From: Geobacteraceae bacterium
Lineage (GTDB): Bacteria; Desulfobacterota; Desulfuromonadia; Geobacterales; Pseudopelobacteraceae
Assembly: GCA_013336525.1 (NCBI GenBank)
Contig: JAAXTM010000008.1
Location: 37,459-101,458 of the forward strand
Reading direction: 5' to 3'
Length of the DNA: 64,000 nt
In this document: piece after piece, positions 11,280-21,114 of the stretch
Layout: every line of letters starts with the position of its first letter
Numbering within the stretch: position 1 is the stretch's first letter
Translations under genes and position numbers: made by a program
Notes under the pieces: model-generated
Seen by the model: the letters and a program-made list of their open reading frames with translations, nothing else
The model's database searches: none
Told to the model about the DNA's origin: nothing

Positions 11280-11648
11280 TTGTTTTATGCGATTTTCATG
11301 CAGAAAACAACTTCGTTAAAGCATTTGTCCTGTTTATCCGGCACTTTTCCTCAAAATAGTCACTTTTCTGCTGGCAGGTTCTGGCTGATTGTAAACCATG
11401 CCGACAGCAGAGGCTATGATTACCCGCTGACACGGGTCAAACACAGATTACTCAGCTTGATTGTACCGCTGCTGTTCGCCTGTCTTGCCGGTCTGAAACC
11501 GGATAACATGACAACCTGCTGCGGCTGTCTGACCCGCATCATGCCGGTTATTCAGCAGCGTCTCACCATCATTACACTGATCAGTTATCTGCTTTTTACG
11601 CTGATTGTTGTTTGGAAGATGATCTTTTCGGCGTTGAAACCGGGGTGA
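11280..11648 (+). CDS. possible small membrane protein (weak call)
   Basis: This is the longest ORF in a 600-bp gap. Its C-terminal half has two hydrophobic stretches (LLSLIVPLLFACLAGL, LTIITLISYLLFTLIVVW). A hairpin with a T-rich tail on the plus strand lies downstream at 11822-11849. No family recognised. Confidence 0.25.
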   Translation: MFYAIFMQKTTSLKHLSCLSGTFPQNSHFSAGRFWLIVNHADSRGYDYPLTRVKHRLLSLIVPLLFACLAGLKPDNMTTCCGCLTRIMPVIQQRLTIITLISYLLFTLIVVWKMIFSALKPG

Positions 11649-11821
11649 ACAGGAGTACATTACCGTTCGTTTGGGTCTACCAGTGATGTACTCTGCAATT
11701 GATGACTGATTAATTGAGCCTGAACAAAAGTAAGCAGGTCTCTGAGGAACCAATGATTGGGATTGTGTTACCCTTTATCTCTAAATAGCTTGGAATGTTG
11801 CAGATAGTGCGTGAATGTTAA

Positions 11822-11849
11822 GAGGGCTAGTGAATTCCCACTAGCCCTC
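11822..11849. terminator. perfect 11-bp palindromic hairpin, probably a bidirectional terminator
   Basis: GAGGGCTAGTG-aattcc-CACTAGCCCTC. On the plus strand it is followed by CCTTATTTTGTATTT. On the minus strand it lies 18 nt after the stop of the PEP-CTERM gene. Confidence 0.55.
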
Positions 11850-11867
11850 CCTTATTTTGTATTTGAA

Positions 11868-12701
11868 TTATTTTACTGATTTTCGTTTTCTCCAGAAGGC
11901 AAGGCCGGCAAGGCCACTGCCGAGCAGGAGCATGGTTGATGGTTCAGGGACGGGGTTGTTTGGGTTCGTATCGGAGAAGGAGCCACCCTGGATGAAAACA
12001 CCGGAATCAAGAATGTAGTCTCCAGCGTCTGCAATGGCGATATCAATGTGATGCGTTCCAGAGCCGAGACCCAAAAATTGCGCGGTCAAGACAGTTGTCA
12101 AACCATCATACTGGGTATCGTAAGGCCCGGGGGAGTTGTTTCTGTAATAAGCCGAGTTGCTTCCCAGGTTGACATTGTTTATGGAAACCGGGGTCGTTGT
12201 GCTTGGAATTAGGGCGATATTGACACCATCAAGGAAAAAAGCAAAAACATCGTTGAATGACGAGCCGACCCATTCGTTATATTCTTCTGATGCGAATACA
12301 TAGTTAAAGAAGAGATTCCCACCAGCTGTGGTGAAGTCGAAGGAAAGCTGGGCGGCATCGTTAGTGGAATATCCTGGAATCAGGGCATTCAGAGACGCCA
12401 GACCTGCTGTGCCGTTGGAAACGCCAGCTCCGCCTGAATCATTTGGACCAGTTGCGACAGATGCGGCACCTGAGGTAAGGAGAATACCGCTGCCGATACC
12501 GACATTTCCGCCGCTTGTAAAAGTTCCTGCGGCCCCTGCCGCGCCGGTATACGTGGCAGAGCCAACCAGTGATATGCCAGAGCCAAGGATATTGCTTGCA
12601 AGTGTATTTGCATCGTTTGTGGTGGTTACAGAGAGAGCAAACGCATTCCCGGTTAAAGCCAGCAAGCCAACCAACAGTACTGATGAAATTTTTGTTTTCA
12701 T
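11868..12701 (-). CDS. PEP-CTERM sorting-domain secreted protein (choice-of-anchor-L-like)
   Basis: It has a signal peptide (MKTKISSVLLVGLLALTGNAFA) and a core FNYVFASEEYNEWVGSSFNDVFAFFLDG. The C-terminus PVPEPSTMLLLGSGLAGLAFWRKRK is a PEP motif plus TM plus basic tail. Confidence 0.85.
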   Translation of the reverse strand: MKTKISSVLLVGLLALTGNAFALSVTTTNDANTLASNILGSGISLVGSATYTGAAGAAGTFTSGGNVGIGSGILLTSGAASVATGPNDSGGAGVSNGTAGLASLNALIPGYSTNDAAQLSFDFTTAGGNLFFNYVFASEEYNEWVGSSFNDVFAFFLDGVNIALIPSTTTPVSINNVNLGSNSAYYRNNSPGPYDTQYDGLTTVLTAQFLGLGSGTHHIDIAIADAGDYILDSGVFIQGGSFSDTNPNNPVPEPSTMLLLGSGLAGLAFWRKRKSVK

Positions 12702-13417
12702 TTGTCTTCTCCTTTTTTGGGTTAAATGGAAATGAACCGTGTTTAGCAGTAATTAAGAAAGCAAATTACAGACCAAATAGAGAATATGCAGTTATTATAA
12801 GTTGTTATATTAAATATAGATGTGTTGTTCCTCGTGTGTGTATGTATTTCCGACAATGCTGGGAGTTCTGTTTATATGGCGAGAATTTGGCTGATCATAT
12901 AGTATGAAATGTCGGTAACAACAAATGCAGCTGTCAACGTTGGTTTAGCAGTTGAATTCTTATAAGCGGTTAGATCAACATAAAAATTCGAGCATGATGC
13001 AAGCGGATGTAAAAAGTGCCGACAGAAACTTAAGAGTTGTCATGAAGTTTAGGGGCATAAAAACTTCGTGAATCTGGATGCGGGGATGTTTGGTTCAGTT
13101 GTTTTTGTTTTAGAGGACCTTATTCGTGAAATGTCCGAGTTTGCCGAACAGGCGTGCTCGTTGAGATAAACGTTTCAGATAAAACTTGACCTATTGGAAG
13201 TCAGACCTTGCTTTTTCGGCGGTAAAGTCGAGACAGGACACTGTAAACCCATATTACACCCCATTTTTTTATACCCAGCCGTAAAAAATATGCTAATATC
13301 CCGATTCTTTTTAGTAAGCAGAAAGTTGCTTTCTGCACTCAGTTTTTGCAGAAAATAACTTACTTTATAGCGCACTTATCCTGTTTATAAGGGTTACGCT
13401 AGTTCAGGAGGTGGTTT

Positions 13418-13885
13418 ATGCCACAATTTTTAGAAGGTAAGCTTGAAGGCAAAGGGCAGAAGTTCGGTATAGTTGTCAGCCGTTTCAACAGCTTCATTTG
13501 CGAACGTTTGCTGGAGGGCGCTGTTGATGCGTTGATCCGCCATGGTGTTGATGACAAAAACATCCATGTGGCGCGTGTGCCTGGTGCTTTTGAAATTCCA
13601 TTCTTCGCAAAAAAGATGGCGGAAACCGGCAAATACGATGCCCTGATCTGTCTTGGCGCGGTTATCCGTGGCTCTACTCCGCATTTTGATTTTGTTGCCT
13701 CGGAAGTTTCCAAAGGGGTGGCGACTGTGTCACTTGAAAGCGGCATCCCGATCGCATTTGGTGTTTTGACGACCGATACGATCGAGCAGGCGGTGGAACG
13801 GGCCGGGACCAAGGCCGGCAATAAAGGTTTTGATGCTGCGGTTACCGTTATTGAAGCTGTTAATCTGTTGAAGGTGATCAAGTAA
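13418..13885 (+). CDS. ribH: 6,7-dimethyl-8-ribityllumazine synthase
   Basis: 155 aa; FGIVVSRFN...VPGAFEIP...[19 protein letters not shown] are classic RibH motifs. Confidence 0.95.
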   Translation: MPQFLEGKLEGKGQKFGIVVSRFNSFICERLLEGAVDALIRHGVDDKNIHVARVPGAFEIPFFAKKMAETGKYDALICLGAVIRGSTPHFDFVASEVSKGVATVSLESGIPIAFGVLTTDTIEQAVERAGTKAGNKGFDAAVTVIEAVNLLKVIK

Positions 13886-14316
13886 TGGGACTGCGTCGTG
13901 AAGCTCGTGAGCTGGCACTGCAGATGTTGTACGCACTGGATTCAAACAGCTCTGTCTTGCTGCGTGAAACCTTGCTGACCTTCCGTGAGGAACAGGGCGA
14001 AATAAACAGCAAAGTGCGTGAGTTTGCGGAAGGCTTAGTGCATGGTGTGCAGTCTCAGCGCGAAACCATCGATGAAGCAATACGGGCCCGCTCCAAGAAC
14101 TGGGCTCTGTCACGTATGCCGCGTGTCGATCTGAATGTCATGCGTCTGGCCGCATACGAACTGATGTTCCGCCCCGACATCCCCAAAAAGGTCACCATCA
14201 ACGAGGCGATTGAGATCGTCCGCCGTTACGGTGACAAGGAATCCCCGGCGTTTGTGAATGGCATTCTCGATGAGATTGAGGCGTGTGCAAAAACAGAACT
14301 GTCAAGCGAGGAATAA
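13885..14316 (+). CDS. nusB: transcription antitermination factor NusB
   Basis: 143 aa; [13 protein letters not shown]..., [12 protein letters not shown]...FVNGILD. ribH-nusB is conserved synteny. Confidence 0.95.
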   Translation: MGLRREARELALQMLYALDSNSSVLLRETLLTFREEQGEINSKVREFAEGLVHGVQSQRETIDEAIRARSKNWALSRMPRVDLNVMRLAAYELMFRPDIPKKVTINEAIEIVRRYGDKESPAFVNGILDEIEACAKTELSSEE

Positions 14317-15632
14317 TGAAAGATATACAGATTGGTCTGATAGGATTTGGCAATATCGGGGCGGGAGTCGTCAAGCTTCTCCGCGAAAACGCTGACGTTG
14401 TTCGCGCCAAGGTCGGAACCGGCATCGTATTGAAGCGCATTGCAGATCTGGATATTACGAGCGACCGTGGCGTGACCGTCGATCCCGGTGTTCTGACAAC
14501 CAGTGTCGATGACATCTTCAATGATCCTGATATCTCTATTGTCATCGAATTAATTGGCGGCTATGAGCCGGCCAAGAGTTTCGTGCTGAAGGCCATTGAA
14601 AAGGGAAAGCATATCGTTACCGCCAACAAGGCTCTCCTTGCCCTGCATGGCGCAGACATCTACGCTGCCGCCGTCAGAAAGGGTGTTGAGGTACAGTTCG
14701 AAGCGGCAGTCGGCGGCGGCATTCCGGTTCTGACCGCCATCAAGGGCAATCTGGCCGCCAATAATTTCAGCAGTGTCTTTGGCATCATGAACGGTACCTG
14801 CAATTATATTCTTACCAGAATGACCCAGGAGGGGGCCGACTTTGCCGATGTGCTGAATGCCGCACAGGAGCTGGGTTATGCCGAGCCTGATCCGACCTTT
14901 GATGTTGAGGGGGTTGATACCGCCCACAAGCTGGCTGTTCTGGTCTCGCTCTGTTTCGGCACCCCCATTGATTTCAAAAATATTCATACCGAAGGAATTT
15001 CGAATATCAGCGGGCTGGATGTTAAATACGCCGCCGAATTCGGCTATCGTATCAAGCTGCTGGCAATCGGAAAACATGTTGATGGCGAGATTGAAGCTCG
15101 CGTGCATCCAACCATGATTCCGCTCGACAGCCCTCTGGCAGATATCAATGGAGTATTCAATGCCATCAGGCTGACTGGTGACTTTGTTGGTCCGGTCATG
15201 TTCTCAGGTCGCGGTGCCGGGCAAAACCCGACCGCCAGTGCGATTGTTGGTGACCTGATCGGTCTTTCGCGCAGCATGAAGGCTGGTGCAGGACGGCGGA
15301 TGTCTCCACTCGGTTTTCTCGACGAAGCGATTACAGCCATACCGGTCAAACCTATGGCAGATATCATCAGCAAATATATGCTCCGTTTCAGCGCTCTCGA
15401 CAAGCCTGGCGTACTTGGTGGAATCGCCGGGGCACTCGGGTTGCATGGCATCAGTATCGAGTCGATGGTGCAGACCGCTCATGAAGTTGATGACGCCGCG
15501 CCGGTGCCGATTGTCATCATGACCCACAAAGCCCGTGAAGGCTCTATTCAGAAGGCTTTGTCCGAGATTGACAAGCTTGATATCATCTGCGAGAAGACAA
15601 GTTTTATCCGTATTGAAGACAATCTGGAGTAA
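14316..15632 (+). CDS. hom: homoserine dehydrogenase
   Basis: It has an NAD-binding N-terminus (IGLIGFGNIGAG), a catalytic region (ANKALLA...GGGIPV...GIMNGTCNYIL) and a C-terminal ACT-like domain. The start ATG overlaps the nusB stop, so the longest-ORF start at 14283 is rejected. Confidence 0.9.
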   Translation: MKDIQIGLIGFGNIGAGVVKLLRENADVVRAKVGTGIVLKRIADLDITSDRGVTVDPGVLTTSVDDIFNDPDISIVIELIGGYEPAKSFVLKAIEKGKHIVTANKALLALHGADIYAAAVRKGVEVQFEAAVGGGIPVLTAIKGNLAANNFSSVFGIMNGTCNYILTRMTQEGADFADVLNAAQELGYAEPDPTFDVEGVDTAHKLAVLVSLCFGTPIDFKNIHTEGISNISGLDVKYAAEFGYRIKLLAIGKHVDGEIEARVHPTMIPLDSPLADINGVFNAIRLTGDFVGPVMFSGRGAGQNPTASAIVGDLIGLSRSMKAGAGRRMSPLGFLDEAITAIPVKPMADIISKYMLRFSALDKPGVLGGIAGALGLHGISIESMVQTAHEVDDAAPVPIVIMTHKAREGSIQKALSEIDKLDIICEKTSFIRIEDNLE

Positions 15633-15659
15633 ACAACCATATTTCATACCGGAGGAACC

Positions 15660-17015
15660 ATGAATACCAAAATCCTGCTGCCTGAAGACCAGATACCGCG
15701 TCAGTGGTACAACATTATTCCTGACATGCCCGGTCCGTTGGCACCAGTCATCAGCCCGAGAACCCTGCAGCCGGTCACCCCGGAAGAGATGATGGCTATT
15801 TTTCCGATGGCTCTGATTGAGCAGGAAATGTCTCAGCAGCGCTGGATTGATATTCCTGATGAAGTTCGTGAAATTTATAAACTATGGCGGCCATCACCAC
15901 TGTACCGTGCCCACCGCCTGGAAAAGGCACTTGGTACCCCTGCCAAGATCTATTACAAATATGAGGGGGTTTCCCCGGCAGGATCGCATAAACCCAACTC
16001 GGCAATTCCGCAGGCTTATTACAACAAACAGGCCGGCATCCGCCGCCTGGCAACCGAGACCGGAGCCGGCCAGTGGGGCAGCTCTCTTGCTCTGGCCTGT
16101 TCAATGTTTGGCCTGGAATGCACAATTTACATGGTGAAGGTATCCTGCTCCCAGAAACCGTACAGGAAGAGCATGATGCAGTTGTGGGGAGCCACGGTTC
16201 ATCCCTCTCCATCTGAATTTACCAATGCCGGCCGCACCATTCTGGCCCATGATCCTGATTGCCAGGGTTCCCTCGGTATCGCCATCTCGGAAGCGGTGGA
16301 GGATGCAGCTACCCATGCCGATACTAACTATGCCCTCGGGAGCGTGTTAAACCACGTCTGTCTGCACCAGACCATCATCGGTCAGGAAGCCCAGGCTCAG
16401 TTCAAGATTGCCGGCGACTATCCTGATGTAGTCATCGCCTGCTGTGGTGGCGGTTCAAATTTTGCCGGCCTGGCATTTCCGTTCATTTCGGATCGGGCCA
16501 ATGGTAAGAATGTCCGTTGTGTCGCAGTCGAACCGGCATCCTGTCCGACCCTGACCAAAGGGGTCTACGCCTTTGATTACGGCGATACCGCCAAGCTGGC
16601 ACCGATTTCGATGATGTACACTCTCGGTCATGACTTCATGCCACCAGGCATTCACGCCGGTGGTCTACGCTATCATGGTGAATCCGCACTGGTTTCTCAG
16701 CTATACCATGCCGGTCAGATCGAAGCCAAATCATACAGGCAGAACGCCTGTTTTGAAGGGGCTCTTCTCTTTGCCCGCAGTGAAGGGATTGTTCCGGCAC
16801 CTGAATCATCCCACGCCGTGCGCGCTGCCATCGATGAGGCGGTTCTTGCCAAGGAAGAAGGGAAGGAAAAGACAATTCTGTTTGGTCTTTCCGGTCATGG
16901 TCAGCTTGATATGGGGGCGTATGATTCCTATCTCTCCGGCAATCTGGAAGATTACGAATATCCGGATGCAATGGTCAAGGCGGCGCTGGCGCGCCTGCCG
17001 AAGGTAAACCTCTAA
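15660..17015 (+). CDS. trpB2: tryptophan synthase beta chain, type 2 (TrpB2 class)
   Basis: 451 aa, about 55 aa longer than the canonical TrpB at 17715. It has the PLP-lysine context [17 protein letters not shown], the GGGSNFAG loop and the N-terminal extension typical of TrpB2. Confidence 0.85.
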   Translation: MNTKILLPEDQIPRQWYNIIPDMPGPLAPVISPRTLQPVTPEEMMAIFPMALIEQEMSQQRWIDIPDEVREIYKLWRPSPLYRAHRLEKALGTPAKIYYKYEGVSPAGSHKPNSAIPQAYYNKQAGIRRLATETGAGQWGSSLALACSMFGLECTIYMVKVSCSQKPYRKSMMQLWGATVHPSPSEFTNAGRTILAHDPDCQGSLGIAISEAVEDAATHADTNYALGSVLNHVCLHQTIIGQEAQAQFKIAGDYPDVVIACCGGGSNFAGLAFPFISDRANGKNVRCVAVEPASCPTLTKGVYAFDYGDTAKLAPISMMYTLGHDFMPPGIHAGGLRYHGESALVSQLYHAGQIEAKSYRQNACFEGALLFARSEGIVPAPESSHAVRAAIDEAVLAKEEGKEKTILFGLSGHGQLDMGAYDSYLSGNLEDYEYPDAMVKAALARLPKVNL

Positions 17016-17022
17016 AAAATCA

Positions 17023-17091
17023 GGGGCAAGGGGCAAGGGGCAAGGGAGAATCAAAATCTCTTTGACCCTTGACCCTTGACCCTTGACCCTT
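17023..17091 (+). repeat. heptad tandem repeats forming an imperfect hairpin; G-quadruplex motif
   Basis: (GGGGCAA)x3GGG at 17023-17046, a 15-nt spacer, then (TTGACCC)x4 at 17062-17089 followed by TT. The arms are complementary apart from one G.A mismatch per heptad. Confidence 0.9.
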
Positions 17092-17098
17092 TATTCCT

Positions 17099-17713
17099 AT
17101 GGTCAAAGTTAAAATCTGCGGCATAACCAATCTTGATGATGCACTGATGGTGGTCGAAGCCGGAGCTGATGCTCTCGGCTTCGTCTTCTTTCGGGGCTCT
17201 TCCCGCTATGTTTCACCCGAACAGGCTGCTGATATTATCCGTCATTTGCCGCCTTTCGTGCAGACGGTCGGGCTGTTTGTCAACGAGGAGCCGGCAACGG
17301 TCAATTTGGTTGCAGACCAGTGCGGGCTGGATGTTGTTCAGCTCCACGGCGAAGAGTCCACTGACTATTGCACTGCCGTAAAACGCCGGGTTATCAAAGC
17401 GTTCCGGGTGAAGGATGCTACAGTTCTGGATGAAATGGCGAACTATAACGTCGCTGCCTGCCTTCTGGATGCCTGGTCTCCAGTGGCGCATGGCGGTACC
17501 GGTACAACATTTAATTGGGAAATTGCTGCCAGGGCAACTGCTGATTCGTCCTCAATCATTCTTGCCGGAGGGTTGACTCCGGAAAATGTTGCCGCTGCGG
17601 TTACAGCGGTAAAGCCTTATGCGGTTGATGTTTCCAGTGGGGTGGAGTGCGCTCCGGGAAAAAAGGATGCCGGGTTGGTCAGCCGTTTCATAAGATCCAC
17701 AAGGAGTCAGTAA
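17099..17713 (+). CDS. trpF: phosphoribosylanthranilate isomerase
   Basis: 204 aa; [10 protein letters not shown]...GADALGFVF...QLHG... is the typical TrpF barrel. Confidence 0.9.
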   Translation: MVKVKICGITNLDDALMVVEAGADALGFVFFRGSSRYVSPEQAADIIRHLPPFVQTVGLFVNEEPATVNLVADQCGLDVVQLHGEESTDYCTAVKRRVIKAFRVKDATVLDEMANYNVAACLLDAWSPVAHGGTGTTFNWEIAARATADSSSIILAGGLTPENVAAAVTAVKPYAVDVSSGVECAPGKKDAGLVSRFIRSTRSQ

Positions 17714-17714
17714 C

Positions 17715-18905
17715 GTGAAACTACCGGATAAAAAAGGTCACTTCGGCCAGTATGGCGGGCGTTATGTCCCGGAAACCCTTATGCCTGCCCTGATGGAGCT
17801 GGAAAAGGCCTATGATCATTATCGCCATGATCGCGAGTTCAAGCAGGAATTTGCCTATTATCTGCGCCAGTACGTCGGACGTCCCAATCCGCTCTATTTT
17901 GCCGAGAAGCTGACAAACAAGCTCGGCGGCGCCCGGATATACCTTAAGCGTGAAGACCTGAACCATACCGGTGCGCACAAAATCAACAACACCATTGGTC
18001 AGGGGCTCCTGGCCAGGCGAATGGGCAAGAAACGGGTCATTGCCGAAACCGGTGCCGGTATGCACGGCGTTGCTACCGCTACTGTCGCTGCACTCTTCGG
18101 GATGGAGTGTGAAGTTTTCATGGGTGAAGAGGATACCCATCGCCAGGCCCAGAATGTTTTCCGCATGAAGCTGCTCGGCGCCACCGTGACTCCGGTCACT
18201 GCCGGTACCGCGACTCTGAAAGACGCCATGAACGAGGCGATGCGCAACTGGGTTACCACGATACATGAAACATTCTATGTGATCGGCACCGTTGCAGGGC
18301 CGCATCCTTACCCGATGATGGTGCGCGACTTTCAGTCTGTGATCGGCTCTGAGGTCCGGCGGCAGCACTATAAAGTTGAAAAGCGCTTGCCTGATTATCT
18401 GGTGGCTTGTGTCGGTGGCGGCAGTAATGCGATGGGGCTGTTTTACCCGTTCCTCAAGGATAAATCAGTGCGGCTGATCGGCGTCGAGGCATCAGGTTAC
18501 GGCATCGAGACCGGCAAGCATGCTGCGCCGCTCTGTGCCGGTTCCCCGGGTATTCTGCACGGCAACAAAACCTATCTGCTTCAGGATCAGTATGGCCAGA
18601 TCACCCATGCCCATTCAATTTCGGCCGGCCTCGATTATCCCGGTGTTGGGCCGGAACACTCCTGGCTGAAAGATTCCGGGCGTGCGGAGTATGTTTCGAT
18701 CACCGATGATGAAGCCCTTGAAGGATTCAGTACCCTGACCCGTGAAGAGGGGATTATCCCGGCACTGGAATCATCTCACGCCATCGCACAGGTCATGAAG
18801 ATGGCTCCGGCGCTGAGCCGCGATAAAACAATTGTGGTCTGTCTGTCCGGTCGTGGTGACAAGGATATGCATACGGTTGCCGAGGCGCTGGGTTTTGAAT
18901 TTTAA
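17715..18905 (+). CDS. trpB: tryptophan synthase beta subunit (canonical TrpB1)
   Basis: 396 aa; [16 protein letters not shown] (PLP lysine), GGGSNAMG, and a C-terminal SGRGDKD. Confidence 0.95.
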   Translation: MKLPDKKGHFGQYGGRYVPETLMPALMELEKAYDHYRHDREFKQEFAYYLRQYVGRPNPLYFAEKLTNKLGGARIYLKREDLNHTGAHKINNTIGQGLLARRMGKKRVIAETGAGMHGVATATVAALFGMECEVFMGEEDTHRQAQNVFRMKLLGATVTPVTAGTATLKDAMNEAMRNWVTTIHETFYVIGTVAGPHPYPMMVRDFQSVIGSEVRRQHYKVEKRLPDYLVACVGGGSNAMGLFYPFLKDKSVRLIGVEASGYGIETGKHAAPLCAGSPGILHGNKTYLLQDQYGQITHAHSISAGLDYPGVGPEHSWLKDSGRAEYVSITDDEALEGFSTLTREEGIIPALESSHAIAQVMKMAPALSRDKTIVVCLSGRGDKDMHTVAEALGFEF

Positions 18906-18932
18906 CTTTGATATAAGTTGTTAAGCATCACT

Positions 18933-18959
18933 AAAAGCCCGAGAAATCGGGCTTTTTTA
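18933..18959 (+). terminator. intrinsic terminator after trpB
   Basis: AGCCCGA-gaaa-TCGGGCT followed by TTTTTT. Confidence 0.8.
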
Positions 18960-19024
18960 TGTTGACCTGTCGACCCTGTTCGACTATATACAAACCCGTT
19001 CTATTATTACAGAGGAGGCACACT

Positions 19025-20029
19025 ATGCATTTAGTCGATCAAATCAAGGCAAAGGCCAAAAAGAACCTGCAGACTGTGGTATTACCTGAAAGTTACGATG
19101 AAAGAATGCTGTTTGCTTCAGAGAAAATAGTGGCGGAAGGTCTGGCACGGATCGTCATTCTTGGTGACCCGGCCAAGATTCAAGCGGAAGCTGTTGAGAA
19201 GGGTATTAATCTGGCTGGTGTTGAGCTGCTTAATCCTGCGACATCGCCAAAACTTGATACTTATATTGCCGATCTGGTTGAGCTGCGTAAAAGCAAAGGT
19301 TTGACCGCTGATGAAGCGAGGAAACTCCTTACGGCTGATGACAACCTGTACTACGCCGGCATGATGGTACGTAACGGAGATGCTGGCGGTCAGGTTGCCG
19401 GTGCCACCGGAACAACCGGCAACGTCCTCAAAGCGGCGTTCCAGACAGTCGGTCCGGCAGCCGGTATCAAGACGGTTTCATCATTTTTTCTGATGATCAC
19501 CAAAAATCCCGATTTTGGCGAAAACGGCATCATTCTCTTTGCCGACTGTGCCGTAAATCCGAATCCGGATGCCCAGGCTCTGGCGGAAATTGCCGTTGCT
19601 ACCGCCGGAAACTGCAAGGCGTTTCTGGATGTGGATGCCCGTGTGGCCCTGCTCTCGTTTTCCACCAAGGGGAGCGCCAGTCACGCTGATTGCGACAAGG
19701 TGCTGAAGGCGCTGGAGATTGCCAAACAGATCAAGCCGGATATGCAGATCGACGGTGAACTGCAGGCCGATGCGGCCATTCTCCCCAACGTCGGGAGCAA
19801 AAAGGCTCCCGGCAGCACAGTTGCCGGCAAGGCCAATGTCCTTATTTTCCCCGACCTTGATGCCGGTAACATTGCCTACAAACTGGTTGAGCGCGTCGCC
19901 GGTGCCGAAGCGGTCGGCCCGATCATTCAAGGGCTGGCCAAGCCGGTCAACGACCTCTCGCGCGGCTGTTCGGTTGACGATATCGTCAACGTCACCGCCA
20001 TCACGGCGGTGCAGGCGGCACAAGGTTAG
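19025..20029 (+). CDS. pta: phosphate acetyltransferase
   Basis: The short-form Pta (~334 aa) starts at MHLVDQIKAKAKKNLQTVVLPE. ...GATGTTGNVLKAA...FADCAVNPNP...SRGCSVDDIVN are PTA_PTB motifs. Confidence 0.9.
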   Translation: MHLVDQIKAKAKKNLQTVVLPESYDERMLFASEKIVAEGLARIVILGDPAKIQAEAVEKGINLAGVELLNPATSPKLDTYIADLVELRKSKGLTADEARKLLTADDNLYYAGMMVRNGDAGGQVAGATGTTGNVLKAAFQTVGPAAGIKTVSSFFLMITKNPDFGENGIILFADCAVNPNPDAQALAEIAVATAGNCKAFLDVDARVALLSFSTKGSASHADCDKVLKALEIAKQIKPDMQIDGELQADAAILPNVGSKKAPGSTVAGKANVLIFPDLDAGNIAYKLVERVAGAEAVGPIIQGLAKPVNDLSRGCSVDDIVNVTAITAVQAAQG

Positions 20030-20063
20030 TCTTTTCGCCATGCACCAAAGCCTGAACGTACAA

Positions 20064-20099
20064 AGGGCACATCTTCACCGGGATGTGCCCTCTCTTTTT
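20064..20099 (+). terminator. intrinsic terminator after pta
   Basis: GGGCACATC-ttcaccgg-GATGTGCCC followed by TCTCTTTTT. Confidence 0.75.
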
Positions 20100-20260
20100 G
20101 ACCGTGTTTTTCGATACGCCATAAGGCTGGCCAGTCCGCCCTGACTTTCCGGGCGGTCTGGTCGTGCCGCAAGTTGGATATTAGTTATTCGTGTTTGACT
20201 TCTTGACTGACAACAAATCATGCTGTACAGTAATCCTGTACGTATAAAGGAGGCGCTGAC

Positions 20261-20539
20261 ATGCTACAAACAACCTATACCAATGCTAGAGCCAATTTCG
20301 CCGGACTTTGTGACGAGGTAATAGAAAATCGAGAGATCGTCCTCATTCGTCGTCGCAAGGGTAACAATGTAGCTATGATTGCTGCTGATGAATTGCAAAG
20401 TTTGGTGGAAAGTTCTCACCTAATGCGTTCCCCCAAAAATGCCGAAAGGCTTCTTTCTGCGTTGGAACGTGCCCTGAAGGGGGGTGGAGCAGCATCTTCT
20501 GTTGAGTCGTTGCGTTCCGAGGTTGGTCTTGAAGACTAA
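20261..20539 (+). CDS. yefM: type II antitoxin, Phd/YefM family
   Basis: 92 aa; the N-terminus TTYTNARANFAGLCDEV...IVLIRRRKGNNVAMI is typical of YefM. It overlaps the downstream toxin gene. Confidence 0.85.
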   Translation: MLQTTYTNARANFAGLCDEVIENREIVLIRRRKGNNVAMIAADELQSLVESSHLMRSPKNAERLLSALERALKGGGAASSVESLRSEVGLED

Positions 20540-20798
20540 ACAACGGGATACTGTTTTTCAGCCAGAGTTCCGTGAAGACCTGCGTCATTGGGTTGAGACT
20601 GACCGAAAAGTTGCGTTGCGGGCTTTTGATTTGATTGAAGCAATCATGCGCGACCCATTCACAGGCATCGGCAAGCCAGAACCTCTTAAATACCTTTCCT
20701 CCGGCACTTGGTCGAGACGCCTCACACAAGAACACAGAATTGTCTATCTTGTTCGTGATGACAGAATCGATTTTCTTCAGGCTCGGTATCATTATTGA
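20529..20798 (+). CDS. yoeB: type II toxin, Txe/YoeB family mRNA interferase
   Basis: FQPEFREDLRHWVETDRKVALRAFDLIEAIMRDPFTGIGKPEPLKY...WSRRLTQEHRIVY...ARYHY. The start is uncertain: TTG at 20523 or 20529 overlaps the yefM end. The ORF-track start at 20484 is probably too long. Confidence 0.8.
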   Translation: MKTKQRDTVFQPEFREDLRHWVETDRKVALRAFDLIEAIMRDPFTGIGKPEPLKYLSSGTWSRRLTQEHRIVYLVRDDRIDFLQARYHY

Positions 20799-20818
20799 TC
20801 ATCACAATTTGTCTGCTT

Positions 20819-21114
20819 TTATTTATTTGTCTCGTTTAATTTCAAGGGCTGACCCCACGGGTTCTTGCTCGGATTCATTCTTTTTTTCGGTTCGCCATTC
20901 AGCAGCCACAATTCGCCACGCTCCTCAAGAACTCGGTGTATAGCAATCGAAGCCTCCTTGATCTTGGTATAGCCGTTATCTTCCGAAAACGCTTCAAGTA
21001 CTCATCAATTTTCGTGAATTTTTTGTTTTCGTTTTTTTTTAAAATTTCTGTACCAACGGTTTGGGAGAACAGCGGCGGTTTCAGGCCGCTGCTTCTGCCT
21101 GGTTGGGCATTCAT
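20819..21114 (-). pseudogene. possible frameshifted small ORF (weak)
   Basis: Minus-strand frame 1 reads MNAQPG...KKFTKIDEYL. A second frame then continues sensibly as EAFSEDNGYTKIKEASIAIHRVLEERGELWLLNGEPKK...* but has no start codon of its own. One missing nucleotide near 21000 would join the two. Confidence 0.25.

Noticed and set aside
11448-11753. The 101-aa minus-strand ORF in the rnr / PEP-CTERM spacer.
   Set aside because: It is highly polar and Arg/Gln-rich, and it is antisense to the more plausible hydrophobic plus-strand ORF. It has no motif. I treat it as a shadow ORF.
12702-13417. An FMN (RFN) riboswitch upstream of ribH.
   Set aside because: I could not find the conserved RFN core (GGGGCGAAATTCCCCACCGGCGGTA-like segments) or a matching multi-stem structure. 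The region is simply AT-rich.
14283-14315. Longest-ORF N-terminal extensions: hom 14283, pta 18959, queC 29579, hisG 40703, amidase 35567, rnr 11260, HD-GYP 8123, SLT lipoprotein 4258, and the small acidic ORF 24524.
   Set aside because: In each case an internal start matches the conserved family N-terminus or a signal peptide or lipobox. The extension overlaps the upstream gene or a repeat element.
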